In this document: positions 13,907 through 25,728 of the stretch, piece by piece | Numbering within the stretch: the first letter of the stretch is position 1 | Layout of the letters: each line of letters starts with the position of its first letter | Assembly: GCA_040954595.2 (NCBI GenBank) | Contig: CM082582.2 | Span: forward strand, 5,564,303-5,628,302 | Reading direction: 5' to 3' | Length of the DNA: 64,000 nucleotides | From: Balanoglossus misakiensis | Taxonomy: Eukaryota; Animalia; Hemichordata | Notes under the pieces: model-generated | The model's input: only the letters and a program-made list of their open reading frames with translations | Told to the model about the DNA's origin: nothing | Database searches by the model: none | Made by a program: the position numbers and the translations under genes

Positions 13907-14980
13907 ATGGCACAGAACGGACACACCCCCAATGGCTTGACCAACGGCAGATCCAACGGCACATCCAATGGCTACCACATCATCGAGAACGGAATCAACG
14001 GCCACGAGAACGGCCGAGTCCAGAACGGTTTCCACAACAACAACACCACGCACGTGCTGGTGACGGGCGGGGCCGGCTACCTGGGCTCCACCCTGGTGCC
14101 AATGCTGCTGCAGGAGGGCTACCAAGTGACCGTCTATGACATCTTCAGCTGGGGCATCGCCCCCCTGCTGCCGTTCGTGGGCGACGCCAACCTGCACATC
14201 GTCAGGGGCGACGTGCTGGACGAGGCCCACCTGGCCGAGGTCATGAAGGAGGTGGACGCCGTGGTCCACCTGGCGGCCATCGTCGGGTACCCAGCCTGCG
14301 AGAAGGAGCCAGACCACGCCCGGCAGGTCAACGTGGTGGGCACGGAGAACGTGGTCAAGCACCTGCAGCCGCACCAGAAGCTGGTCTACGCCTCCACGGG
14401 CTCGTGCTACGGGGCGGTGGACGGGGTCTGCACCGAGGAGACGCCCATCAGCCCGCTGACGCTCTACGGCAGCACCAAGGCGCAGGGGGAGCAGCTGACG
14501 CGGGACGTGGGCGGCGTGGGGCTGCGGCTGGCCACCGTCTTCGGCGTGGCGCCGCGCATCCGCCTGGACCTGCTGGTCAACGACCTGACGCACAAGGCGC
14601 TGAACGTGAAGCACTTTGACCTCTACCAGGGCGGCTTCCGACGCACCTTCCTGCACGTGCGGGACGCGGCCCGCAGCTTCGTGCTGGCGCTCAAGCGCTA
14701 CGAGGTGATGGGCGGCCAGGCCTACAACGTGGGCCACGAGAGCATGAACATGACCAAGTCGGAGGTGGCCCAGCAGATCCAGGCCAGCATCGAAGACTGC
14801 AAAATCACCGAGTCCACAAACGGGGAGGACAAGGACAAGCGCGACTACGAGGTCTCCTACGAGAAGATTCGAAAGCTCGGGTTCAAGTCCACGCTGACCG
14901 TCAAAGAGGGCATCATAGAACTGTTGAAAGTCGTGCCTCATATGACTGAAGCAGACGTGAAACGGGCCAAAAACGTTTGA
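13907..14980 (+). CDS. Extended SDR / NAD-dependent epimerase-dehydratase family protein (357 aa, single coding exon)
   Basis: Rossmann motif VLVTGGAGYLG, acidic residue after beta2 (VTVYD, NAD preference), HLAA, YASTGSCYG, catalytic YGSTK (YxxxK) and RLATVFG. A splice acceptor (pyrimidine tract, then TTAG ending at 13888) lies 18 nt before the ATG. AATAAA occurs at 15095 and 15125. The N-terminus is Asn-Gly-rich and low complexity. Confidence 0.93.
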   Translation: MAQNGHTPNGLTNGRSNGTSNGYHIIENGINGHENGRVQNGFHNNNTTHVLVTGGAGYLGSTLVPMLLQEGYQVTVYDIFSWGIAPLLPFVGDANLHIVRGDVLDEAHLAEVMKEVDAVVHLAAIVGYPACEKEPDHARQVNVVGTENVVKHLQPHQKLVYASTGSCYGAVDGVCTEETPISPLTLYGSTKAQGEQLTRDVGGVGLRLATVFGVAPRIRLDLLVNDLTHKALNVKHFDLYQGGFRRTFLHVRDAARSFVLALKRYEVMGGQAYNVGHESMNMTKSEVAQQIQASIEDCKITESTNGEDKDKRDYEVSYEKIRKLGFKSTLTVKEGIIELLKVVPHMTEADVKRAKNV

Positions 14981-17829
14981 GGGGGCCTCGGATCAACCGG
15001 GAGATATTATAATTGTATCGGGTATTAAATATTCAAAACGACAAAATTATGATTACTTGTAGTTGTCAAACCTATGCTTGTTGCTACCCCCCAAAATAAA
15101 CATTGAGCTACGAGTGTGATAGATAATAAAGCATTATTTGTTATTTATAAAGTATTCATCATTTTCTTTTAGCCCTTTTTTTGTCAGGAAAATTTTATCT
15201 TTCACAGAGGAAACCGTTTCTGCATGTGTTGTGCAGTTCAGCATGCATTGCAATGCCACTAAAATTCCATAACGATGTTTTGTGCAACATGGATTAGCAA
15301 ACGATGGTTTAAACTGCATTGAAAATGGCTTTTTCATGCTATTTAAGTATCGCTTAATGTTTCATGACTTTGGGGTGATCTCTAAATCTGGCCACGTTTT
15401 CAACGAAAATCCTCCGATTTTCGAAACCACCACACTGGCCATTGGAATCCAAATCAAACCGCTTTAATGAGCCGATTATCAAAACGCTTCAAGCTCTTTG
15501 TGCAAATGTTCATTGGAATCTGTCATTACAAGACGCACCAAGACCGTCTTGAATTGACCCCCAAGATTCTAACATATCATATTTATATAGGAGAAAAAAC
15601 AGGGTCATTTCTTGAGAAGTATCAACTTCATTTCTGAAATTAGAATATTCTATACAAGACTTCCAGTTTTTTGAGCAACTGTATAAAAGTATTAAGAATT
15701 TAAAACATTTATAATCATGCTCCATGCAGTGATAAGGTAGTACTTTATAATCTTAATGTGTAGTGTACAGTGGTGAATGAGGATTAAGAATTTCTGAGCA
15801 GCAAAAAAAAGTCATCCCGATTTCTGAGATTCGCATCAAGTAGTCTACTCTGGGACGGTTCAACTCTGTCAATGCACTACACCGAATGTGACAACTTTAT
15901 TCAACAGTGAATATCAATGGAGTTGTAGATTGTACAATATTATATATATATGCTCCAACCAAAAATCAAATGTAACAAAGTGTATCAAAATCGACATTTT
16001 TTAACTTTTACAGAGGAAATTTTGATTCATGTTTCTAAATCTTTGCAGTAGAACAAGACCGGCAGACGACAAAGGCCACAAAAACGATCTTCTTTCCAGC
16101 AGCAAACTAGTATATATTGCATGAATGATATATTAGCTTTGTAGATGTAACATACGTATATTTCAGGATTTTCAGCTTTGTAAGGGAAGTGTATATACAT
16201 CCCAATGCAATGGTCAAACGCACATTTTTATTTTGTTCTCTCCAAATAAAACTTATATGCTGGCGTTTTTTGTCATCGCAAGTATTTTTTGTAGATGCCA
16301 ATCAAATGGTAGATATTATTGTGCACATGTATTGTGAATGAAGTGAAACTGTATTATGTAAATGAATTATGAATGGTACCGTAACTGCCAGAGGTTCTAG
16401 ACTATGCAATCTGCATGCGTATCTGAATCTAATTCAGAGTTTTCCAAAGGGGTGGGATGGGATTTTGCTGTAAACCAGAAGCTGGTTCGCTAGTTTTGCT
16501 CAGCTTGTCTGCGTAGATTTTCAACAAAAAAATGAAGGTTTAAGAATCTCTTCTGTTTTTTTATAACTCATGGATATTGCAGAGTCTAGTAACTTTTAAC
16601 AAATTTAAAGACTTTACGATAATGATTGTAATGGAAATTTTCCCCCGAAATTTTGAAGAACAAAAATTGAATGTGCTGTATCTTAATACTAGTGCTGTAT
16701 ATTTAAGTGACATTGAAAAGTGGTTAATCCACATTTCGCTGAATTAAAAAAAATGACAATTATTGAGCAATCGTATAGATTGCCGACTATTAAAGGGTGA
16801 TAATTGATATCTGACTCACTGTGTTTTGTGTAATTCTCTGCCTTTGACTTGAAACTCCAAAAATTTTAGTACCTCCACCAAGCCTATGGAATAGAGACAT
16901 TTTAAGTGACCCCCCCCCCCCCTGGCCAAAAATAATGACGACTCCCTTTGTTGAACTATCCCTGGTACACCTGTACCATTTTAGTTCGAATTGTCCCTGG
17001 GGATAAAATACCATATAGTAGAGCGGATGTTAACGAAATTATGGGATTGATGAAGTTGGCCTACGAAGACTTAAAATGTGCATTCTACAAGACTATTCAA
17101 ATGCAATACGATGTCAGTGGTCTTTAAATCATTCGTTTTATTTTTTTAAAACTGTGCTTACACGAGGACCTGTAAATGTCTCGCCGTACGTTTAATAGCG
17201 GTCTCTTTTCTAACTGTCTTATATTAATGGGAAATCGATTAGGCCTACAGAAAACGAAACGAACTGGCATTGGTGTTAACAATTATCGCGGGGGTCCACA
17301 GGGCTTTATTTCTCCGTTGCTATGCCACTGTTGCTCGTTAATATTTATCGACACAGAATTTACAGTGGCATGATTTATCACCGTTGAAGGTTTCCACGGT
17401 ATCTTTGTTGCCAAAAAAAGTTTATATCATTCGCCGGGAGAAATGTGGCAGGTATTTTCAATACACATATGACACAAAATATACTGGCCACGTCACACAC
17501 AACGTTCCTGACACATGCTACATCGTTAGCATGGCGATACTTCGACAAATCATAAATCGAAATTAATTGAAACAGCTTATTGGCATGAAGACCGAACAAA
17601 TCTTGATGAGATTACCTAGATAGTGCAATATTGTACCTGCCTATGAATTATTGATTATTTTTTCATATTTCCGATATCTGACAGATTTACATAAGTTGAT
17701 CCGGCGTGAGTTGATTAAAATTTGTCGGAAATTTCATTGCATGATCCGAAAATCTCTCTCCCTGGAATGACAGGTGTAATATATTTCTTTGCCCACATAT
17801 TTGATTAATTCGTATAAAGAATTACGTAA

Positions 17830-18230
17830 TCTATCTCATAAATGACAGGAAATGTAAACGACTAATTCGTAAAAAGAACTGCGTGATCGGATAACAGTTT
17901 CAATCGACAAATCGTATCTCATAAATGCAGGAAATATAAACGACCAACAGAAATTTGTGCAGAAGTCACAGTTGCGTTATCCAATGCGGTGCTGTCGTGG
18001 CCACTTACAAAATAATGTTAATTCGTTCCAATTGAGATACGACCACTGAATTAAATCTAACCCATTCCCCATCTTCATAAAGCCAGCAAGCCTGTAAAAG
18101 AAAGGAATTGAGTAATCAGATAACAGTTTCAATCAACAAATTCTATCTCATAAATGACAGGAAATATAAACGACCAACAGAAATTTGCGCAGAAATATGC
18201 GCAGAAGTGACAGGCTGCGTTATCCAATGC
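17830..18230. repeat. Local direct duplication
   Basis: GATAACAGTTT...TATCTCATAAATG...GGAAATATAAACGACCAACAGAAATTTG...TGCGTTATCCAATGC occurs at about 17890-17988 and 18119-18230, with a partial third copy at about 17832. Confidence 0.7.
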
Positions 18231-21204
18231 CTGTAAAATCGCTCGTTTCTACCCATATTTGTCATCATGGGCCCAAATTGGCCTTCATCGACGCAGGAGT
18301 TTCTGGGTGAGCGTGTACATTAAGATGAAACCAAAAAATTTAATTGGAAAAAACGTCCGCTCGTTTATGATGATGGGTTTCACCTATTTAGAAACCTTTA
18401 AGATTTCTCAAGATAAGAGTTAGGCCCGCTAATTACATTTTTATATTTTGGTTCTTTCGTAGCATATTACTGTAAAAAATGTCGGAGTCTGTGGGCTGCA
18501 GTAGAGTTTTAGGGTTTGCACCGTGGGAAAATCGCTCACAACTACCGCATAGGGGGACAAGACTACCGTTTTTTCTCTGAACGACAATTTTTAGGTGCCC
18601 CTGATAGTAGATATGTAGATTGTTTCTGGGTGTAGAGGGAAGGGTGCATTGAATTGTCTGTACCCAGGTCTGTCTTAAACAGTTCACAAAATGCGATCCT
18701 GTCAAGATTTACATGACACTGAACTGTTTATGCTGTAGAAACCAGCGACTTTCTCTTCAACTCTTTAACTGTTTTGGAAAGGAATTACAAGTCAATCCCG
18801 TTGAAAGGCTATAATCCCTGACGGATTAGACAGCTAATTACGTCCGAGTGCTTTCAACGAGAACACGTCAAAAGATGCTTCAATACGGATACCCACCATG
18901 TTTGTGGACACATGAAAATGTTAGTTACTGTCATTATGTTGTGTGTTGTGTTACATGCAATTCAGAGAGGGTAATATTTTCCTCCCAAGAAGGTATTGTT
19001 ATCGAGACATTGTACATGTACTTGTATGTTGTTAGTTCAACTGAATGAGTTTATTATTGTTACATCTGTATGTATAGGCAGTATCCTTGTACTGTCTATG
19101 CTTTATGTCCTATTGCTGTCAATGGGATATAAAGGGATATAACAGACAAACTGACTGTCCACGAGTGCGAAGTGTGCGTGTCCTACATCTATTGGTCTAA
19201 AGTTTGCATTAATTAGCATATGCAAACACGGTGGGTATTGTCGGGGAAGTGACTAGTGATCATAGGATCGTGCATTTCAATCTCCGAGACGATAAATAAA
19301 ATAATTTATTTTACAATTTATTTTTACAATTATAATTTATTTAAATAATTTATTTAATTATTTTATTTATTTATTTTAAGAATAACAATTCTTAGTATTA
19401 TTAATAGCAGTAAATGTACTATTATTAGAATTAGCATTACATTCTGCTTCATTCTCAGCGAAAGCCATCGTTCAAATACAATGTGATGAAGATATGTTCC
19501 TTAAAACATTGTTCTGTCTGCGCTTTAAAATGGTTTATGGAAGGCAAGTAACGCCCACTGCTTCACGTCACCAGATGACGTCGGATGATGCAAATTCACA
19601 GTTGGTTTTGTCACGTTGAACTCTGTTGAAATGGCGCGAGATTAATCCACAGACGTAAAAACGACGGGTTGCTGTGGAAACGACGTCCTGCATAATCCGC
19701 CTTATTACATTTTCCTCGGGTTGTTTTTTTTTTTCTTCGGCTATGTCGGTTTTCTGAAATGTGCTGCAGAGTCGGTTGTTGTACACGTGCGCCTACGTCA
19801 CAGATTTTGATCTGGCGTCATCATTTTCTCTGTTACATCATAGTTGGTCGGGATAAGACAGTATTCCGTCGCACGGTTGTATTTGTGTCTATTTTACCTT
19901 CTGTCCGCGCGTGCATCCAGGTTTTAGTATTTCGCACAGTCTCTCGTATTGCTGTTCAGTTACTATAATGGTTATATCGTTGATAATTTATAGGGTGAGA
20001 TTGGTGTCTACGTCACGCAAAACGGTAATCAGCTTTTTGAGAGTCGAACCATCGAACTCAGCTCCTTGCAGAGAGAGAGAGAGAGAAAAAAATGTACGTC
20101 CTGATCAAATAGTAACCACCTGCATATGTTTGAACTCGTCGCCCCTTCCAATCAAGATTGTGATTTATTTTCAGTACGAATGCGTTGAGATGACTTCGAT
20201 TACAGCTCTGCAATACCCAATTCCGAGAAAATTCAGTCGAGTTTTCACGAGAGGAGATCAGCAGACCGCTCGTGTCAAGCAAGAGTTCTCCAGAAAATCA
20301 TTGACGCACGCACTGACTACTTTATGCATGTACTAGATTCAGACTCAATCTCGACTCCTAAATAAATCATGTACAGTGCATACCAGCCACGCTCATATGT
20401 ATACGCACGGCATCGCGATCAGAAATTCGTGGATGTTTACTTCAACTAGTCATCTGGGTAAATTCCCAAAACAAAAACAAAGACACAAGCTGGCTGTCTC
20501 CCCAAATACTATGCTCCATAGTATCATAAAATATGGACGAACTTTCACTGCTAACTGTAATAATTTTATTATGAAAGAATAAGCACCGGGTACACCTATT
20601 TCGCCTATTCCAAAAAAACGACACACGGTCCTTCATTTCCACCTCCTCATTGGGCAGATGATTGTTTTTAACCCACCCTGCCAAAAAGTTACCTGCCCCA
20701 TCAAATGGCGACTTCCTTCACGTTGTTTTCCTGTGTTAGTACCACGTTTCGTTCGAATTCAGTGCCAAGTCAGAATATTTTCACTTCAAAAATAATCAAA
20801 GCGTAATGAATTATCAAAAACCAGTTTATTAATCATCTGAAGCCAATATCGCGATATTTGCATAACATTACATTCGATTCCAACGATTTCTATTTTAAGT
20901 ATGGTATGTAAAAATTGTTATTATCAAAATACATAATTAGTGTGACAGGTTAAATAAGCAAAGGTGAATGGACTTTGCTTTTATTTCCCGCCTTTTCGTA
21001 CGGTCTATGGCGATTAAACACTGTTATTGTGTTGCATTCGATTGAATTCTTTCTCCTTTGTTAATAATTTGAATTGATTTTCCCGTTGGGACTATACTTA
21101 ACAGACTTCAGATTGACGCGATGAATGAATAATTTGTAATGCCACTATTGATTGCCCTTTGTAATCGATTGCGACGTAACAAGGAAAACTAACAATCTCA
21201 TTCC

Positions 21205-21325
<121 letters not shown>

Positions 21326-23441
21326 ATACTGACAGAGATGGAAATGGAATTCATTCATATATTCATCAATTCTATCACCAAATACTAGTAGTGTAAGTCA
21401 TCACAGTATGAAAGAAAATATTACGATTGGATCTACATGTATTAGTCATGTACCATTCTCGTGGGCGCTGTGCCACGCGTATACATGCATGCCACGCTAT
21501 ACACGCGCTCTCACCCACGTTTCGCTTTCTCCAGATCCCAACGAGTAGAACAGCATACATGTAAAACAGAAAATCGAAGTAAAATAACCGATATAAAGTC
21601 AAAATTCGGAGACTTTGTCCCCTTGAAGTTCGTTCGTACTTTGCTCAGAAATCATCTCAAATGCCTATACTGTTACAATACAGACACACGGCGAAAGGGG
21701 TGATAACATAACAGCGTCTCCGCTCTTGTTTTAACACGATCTTCGGGGCGTAATGTTGCAGCCCTCGTCCTTCACACCCCATCTACAGTCCCCGCGTCCC
21801 TTTGTGATAGACATGACTCTAACCTCCCTCCCCGAAATGACGCCTCGTTTGAGCGCCGGAACTCTTTTTCAAAACGCACACGTAACAAAGACCTGTGGAA
21901 TCCTTTGTTGTCAATTCATTCCCACGGTCACAATGTCTGGGCTCGTCCCCTCTCATTGCATTTGCAGGTCCCTGGTGTGTTGTTGGGTGGTGAAACGCGC
22001 GGTGCCACCTTAGCTCCCTAGCAGTCTTGCTATTGTTCTGGTAGTTCCCGCGCAAAAGTATGGCGCGGGATCTTCGTCTTTGTCTAAAAGCATAGAGATT
22101 AACTTGATAACGATGCCAATGGACAACAACTGGTCTTCACCATGATTTAAAACATCCAATATCAGCAAGAGTACTATTGAATGCGAAAACTGCCCTTCGT
22201 CACCAGGAGATGCCCCCCCCCCCCGAGGATTGACTGTCCGCAATTCCAATTCAGTAAAATACAGAATATTCGGGAAATGGTCACTTTCTTCTGCCTAGAG
22301 TTCGCTGGTTTGGTGGGATCGAATCCCATTGAAAATTTTCAAATGTACATCAAATAAATACAACCTGTATATCGTATCATATCATATCGTCCCTGAATTG
22401 AACCACCTGTTGCCAAATGCTCTATTCGGGGGGGGGGGGGGGGGCAAACCCCTTCCGAAATCCCCTTCAATTAAATAACAAATATTCGAATTCGTACGAT
22501 GTACACAGCCCGAATAAGAGACATGGACGAGATTTGAACCTTGGAATGACAGGCACACACAAAGAAAAGACATCGACGATATTGTCTTTGCTAATTAAAA
22601 GAATGTGCAAATTCACGCCCGAATAAAGATGTGTGAATGCGTGCCTTCTTAGGGACGAGCTCATGATGTTTGCGTATTTTGTCGGCGGAGGCGCAGTTGC
22701 GTTCTGAATTTTCTGCAACGACCAATGGAGGTGTGGTACCTCCATTTATGAACGAACCAATCGCACACCAAAAAATAGCAAAAGCATAGACTAAGTGCTG
22801 TAAGGCTCGTGGCGAAAAAAAGTTACATGTACGTTACGAAAAGTGTGGCGAAAACCGTGCAATCACTGTGATTTTCGCTAGCCACAATTGAAAATGAAGA
22901 TACGCAGAATGTACATAAAATGTCAGGAATGAGCATCTTCTTTCGCCGGGGATTGGTTGGTCGTTTTAAAAGAGTTAGATTCATTTGGACAATCCATTTC
23001 TGAACTTGGGCATTGTGCACTGATGTTATGTGGTATGGAATAGACTGCTTGTCCTAGCAGTAGGCTAAGTGTTACAATCCGGAAAGAGAGAAAGCGATTT
23101 TCCCGCCTGTGATGAGAACGAAACCACTCTGCCGGTTCAATCACCTGCGATGGATGGCCATCTCCCCTTATCCCATCATCAATAACTGCACAAGAAAAGC
23201 GATGACTAACACACGCTTGCACCGGCAAAATCCAATGAAGCTGTAAAGTGTCTCCCTTTCAATAATCCACGGTTGATGTTTAAACGCGTCCATTGCTCAT
23301 TCGCGTCACAAATCTGATCACTGGTTTGATTACTTCGGTGACGTGATAGAATCAAATGCCATTGGTACAGTATACGTGTAATGTTATTATAAAAACACTA
23401 GACTGTTCAATTTGTGTTTAAAAAGGGGGGGGGGGGTTGAC

Positions 23442-23578
23442 AAATCTGATTCAAATCAGATCTTGGGTACGGCTACGTATTTTACTTAAAATACGCGGTA
23501 CTGTGGGGCGACAGAATTAGAGAATACCGCGCAGGTAAAAGACGTCGCCGTACCCTACATCTGATTGGAATCAGATTG
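23442..23578. repeat. Short inverted-repeat element; related copy at 51940-52018
   Basis: Both ends carry AATCTGATT..AATCAGAT self-complementary motifs, and the same structure recurs at 51940-52018. Confidence 0.55.
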
Positions 23579-25384
23579 CAGGTTGAATTGACTGTGCGAT
23601 TTTCACTCCTTTCAAAATGTCACAGTTCACGTGCTTTGAAGGTTAATCGATCAATGTTTTACTATTTAATCGGTGCATGGTTAGAAATTATTGTACAAAC
23701 ATTACAACCATCGTGCAAATTGCCAAGAAATGAGGCAATCGTAGTTAATGACAGGACAACGTTTAGACTCAAAATCTCTATTTAATTATTCGACTGTGAT
23801 ACGGGCGTAATGGAAAAGGTAAGCACGCACGCCCATTTCACATCGTCCAATGAAACATTCACCAAATACTTCATGCTGTCGAGTGCCAGTCAAGATACCT
23901 CGTGACGATCGGATATGATGCAATTGAATTGCCATGGTAACGTTCAGTAGGCAGTGGGTGAAAGGTTGTGCGCGTCAAAAAATCAAATGTAATGTTTACC
24001 AGATATATTTTATCTGGTAATCTCGTCGAGAGTTCAATTGACACGAGAGTATAATAAGAAATACGAGACAAACCGCCACGTTAGGGGAAACCAAACCAAG
24101 TAATACGCCACTTGATCAGTTACACATGGGGACATTTTCGTCTATGTAAAAGTTAACGAAAATCAATGAAAATACACACGTGGAAACTATGCATAGTATA
24201 TTTGTCATTTCAGTTTAACCACATTGTTCTTATACGAAGCAATATTCTGGTTTGAAGTGTAATTTGATGTAAATGTGTACTCGCCAATATTTTGCCCAGC
24301 AATAATTGCCATCTCTTGCTTCTATAAGATTCCGGATGTTGGATAGACAATGACAATATATAAGCCTTGACGATTGCAAACCCGTTTGCACTTCAAGACT
24401 CGTCTTGTTCATATTGTTTGCTGAACCACCCTTGGGTTGAAACGAGTGATTTGTCACTTTTTTCTAGATCACTTTGCAAATATTCGCCTTTCAATTGTTA
24501 TCGTGTAACAGGTACGTACGTATTAGCTTTCTGGTCTGTGTGAAGGGCAACCAAAAGGGCGCCCTCAACTACAATTATTCTACAAAGTTTTTGGTTCATA
24601 ATTGAACAATTGAAAGAATCCCCAATTTGTGTAACGACATGTCCGTTTCCCGTTGTGTGTAGTTGTCAAGTCAACTAGAACATTAAGTATCATTTCTGAG
24701 AAATGGTTGAATTTTATATGATTATCGGCGAAAGATGGATAATTGCCACTAAACGGTAGAAATGGTCAAGGGCACCGGCGTCGGTATCCAACATCGTTGA
24801 CCTAAATATTCTGATAGTCGCAATGGTGTTCTCTAATACAAATAACCGGTTCAGCCACTGAAGGACAAATACAAACCGATCAATCAACAGTCCAGAAGTT
24901 GCGTGTCAACTTATGCATCGATATTTCACGTTTTCACCTGTCCTCCCTCGTGTCCGAACTATATTCGTCGTTTCTATGCTGTGCTAAGGCGACTTTTTAC
25001 TGTAACAGTTCTGCATCGATTCTGATGCGATTACTTCACTTTTCAACATGTCCCTGTTCGGTGATAATTACAGTAAATTTTGCAGTTAAATGATAATCTA
25101 AAGAACGTCGTGATATTAGCATTTTGACATGTTTACCTATTACTTATATATTACTGTCAGAATTGGCAAATGTTCCCTACTTCTCTGCATAGAAATATAA
25201 ACAGTGGGCTACGCGGTTACATGGTCGGTAGAGGGCTCTATCAAACGTTCCCATGTACTTCGCCCTCAAATGCGCCCTCTTCCTAGCCTATTTATGTAGA
25301 CTTTTCTTTTTATAGTTTGCGCACCCATTGCAGTACTTGACAATGACGCCCGGTCGAGTTCACACAAACAATCAAACAGCCAGT

Positions 25385-25432
25385 CAAACAAACAAACAAA
25401 CAAACAAACAAACAAACAAACAAATAAATAAA
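25385..25432. repeat. (AAAC)n/(AAAT)n microsatellite
   Basis: Read directly from the sequence. Confidence 0.95.
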
Positions 25433-25728
25433 TCCCATTTCAGAACTTTTATTACTGAATCAGGGTGTTTTACAAATAATAATAGTCAGAAAGAAAACCA
25501 ATTTCTGGTGTATATTTTGATGACCGTTCAGATTGATACCGGTTAGCGAAGTCATCATCGGCTCAACAAAATTGTAGAACTTCATTTTGACTTCAGTAAA
25601 TAAATTAGTACTGCTTATACAAAGGAAGAGAAAACTACTACAAAACTTCACAAATTAAAAATTCGCCAAAAGTTTCCTTCGCGTGTATATTATTCATCCC
25701 ACCAACAAAAATGCAATATCCGGTTTGA

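Noticed and set aside
13754-14941. 395-aa antisense ORF
   Set aside because: It is a shadow of the GC3-rich SDR on the opposite strand and has no recognisable motifs.
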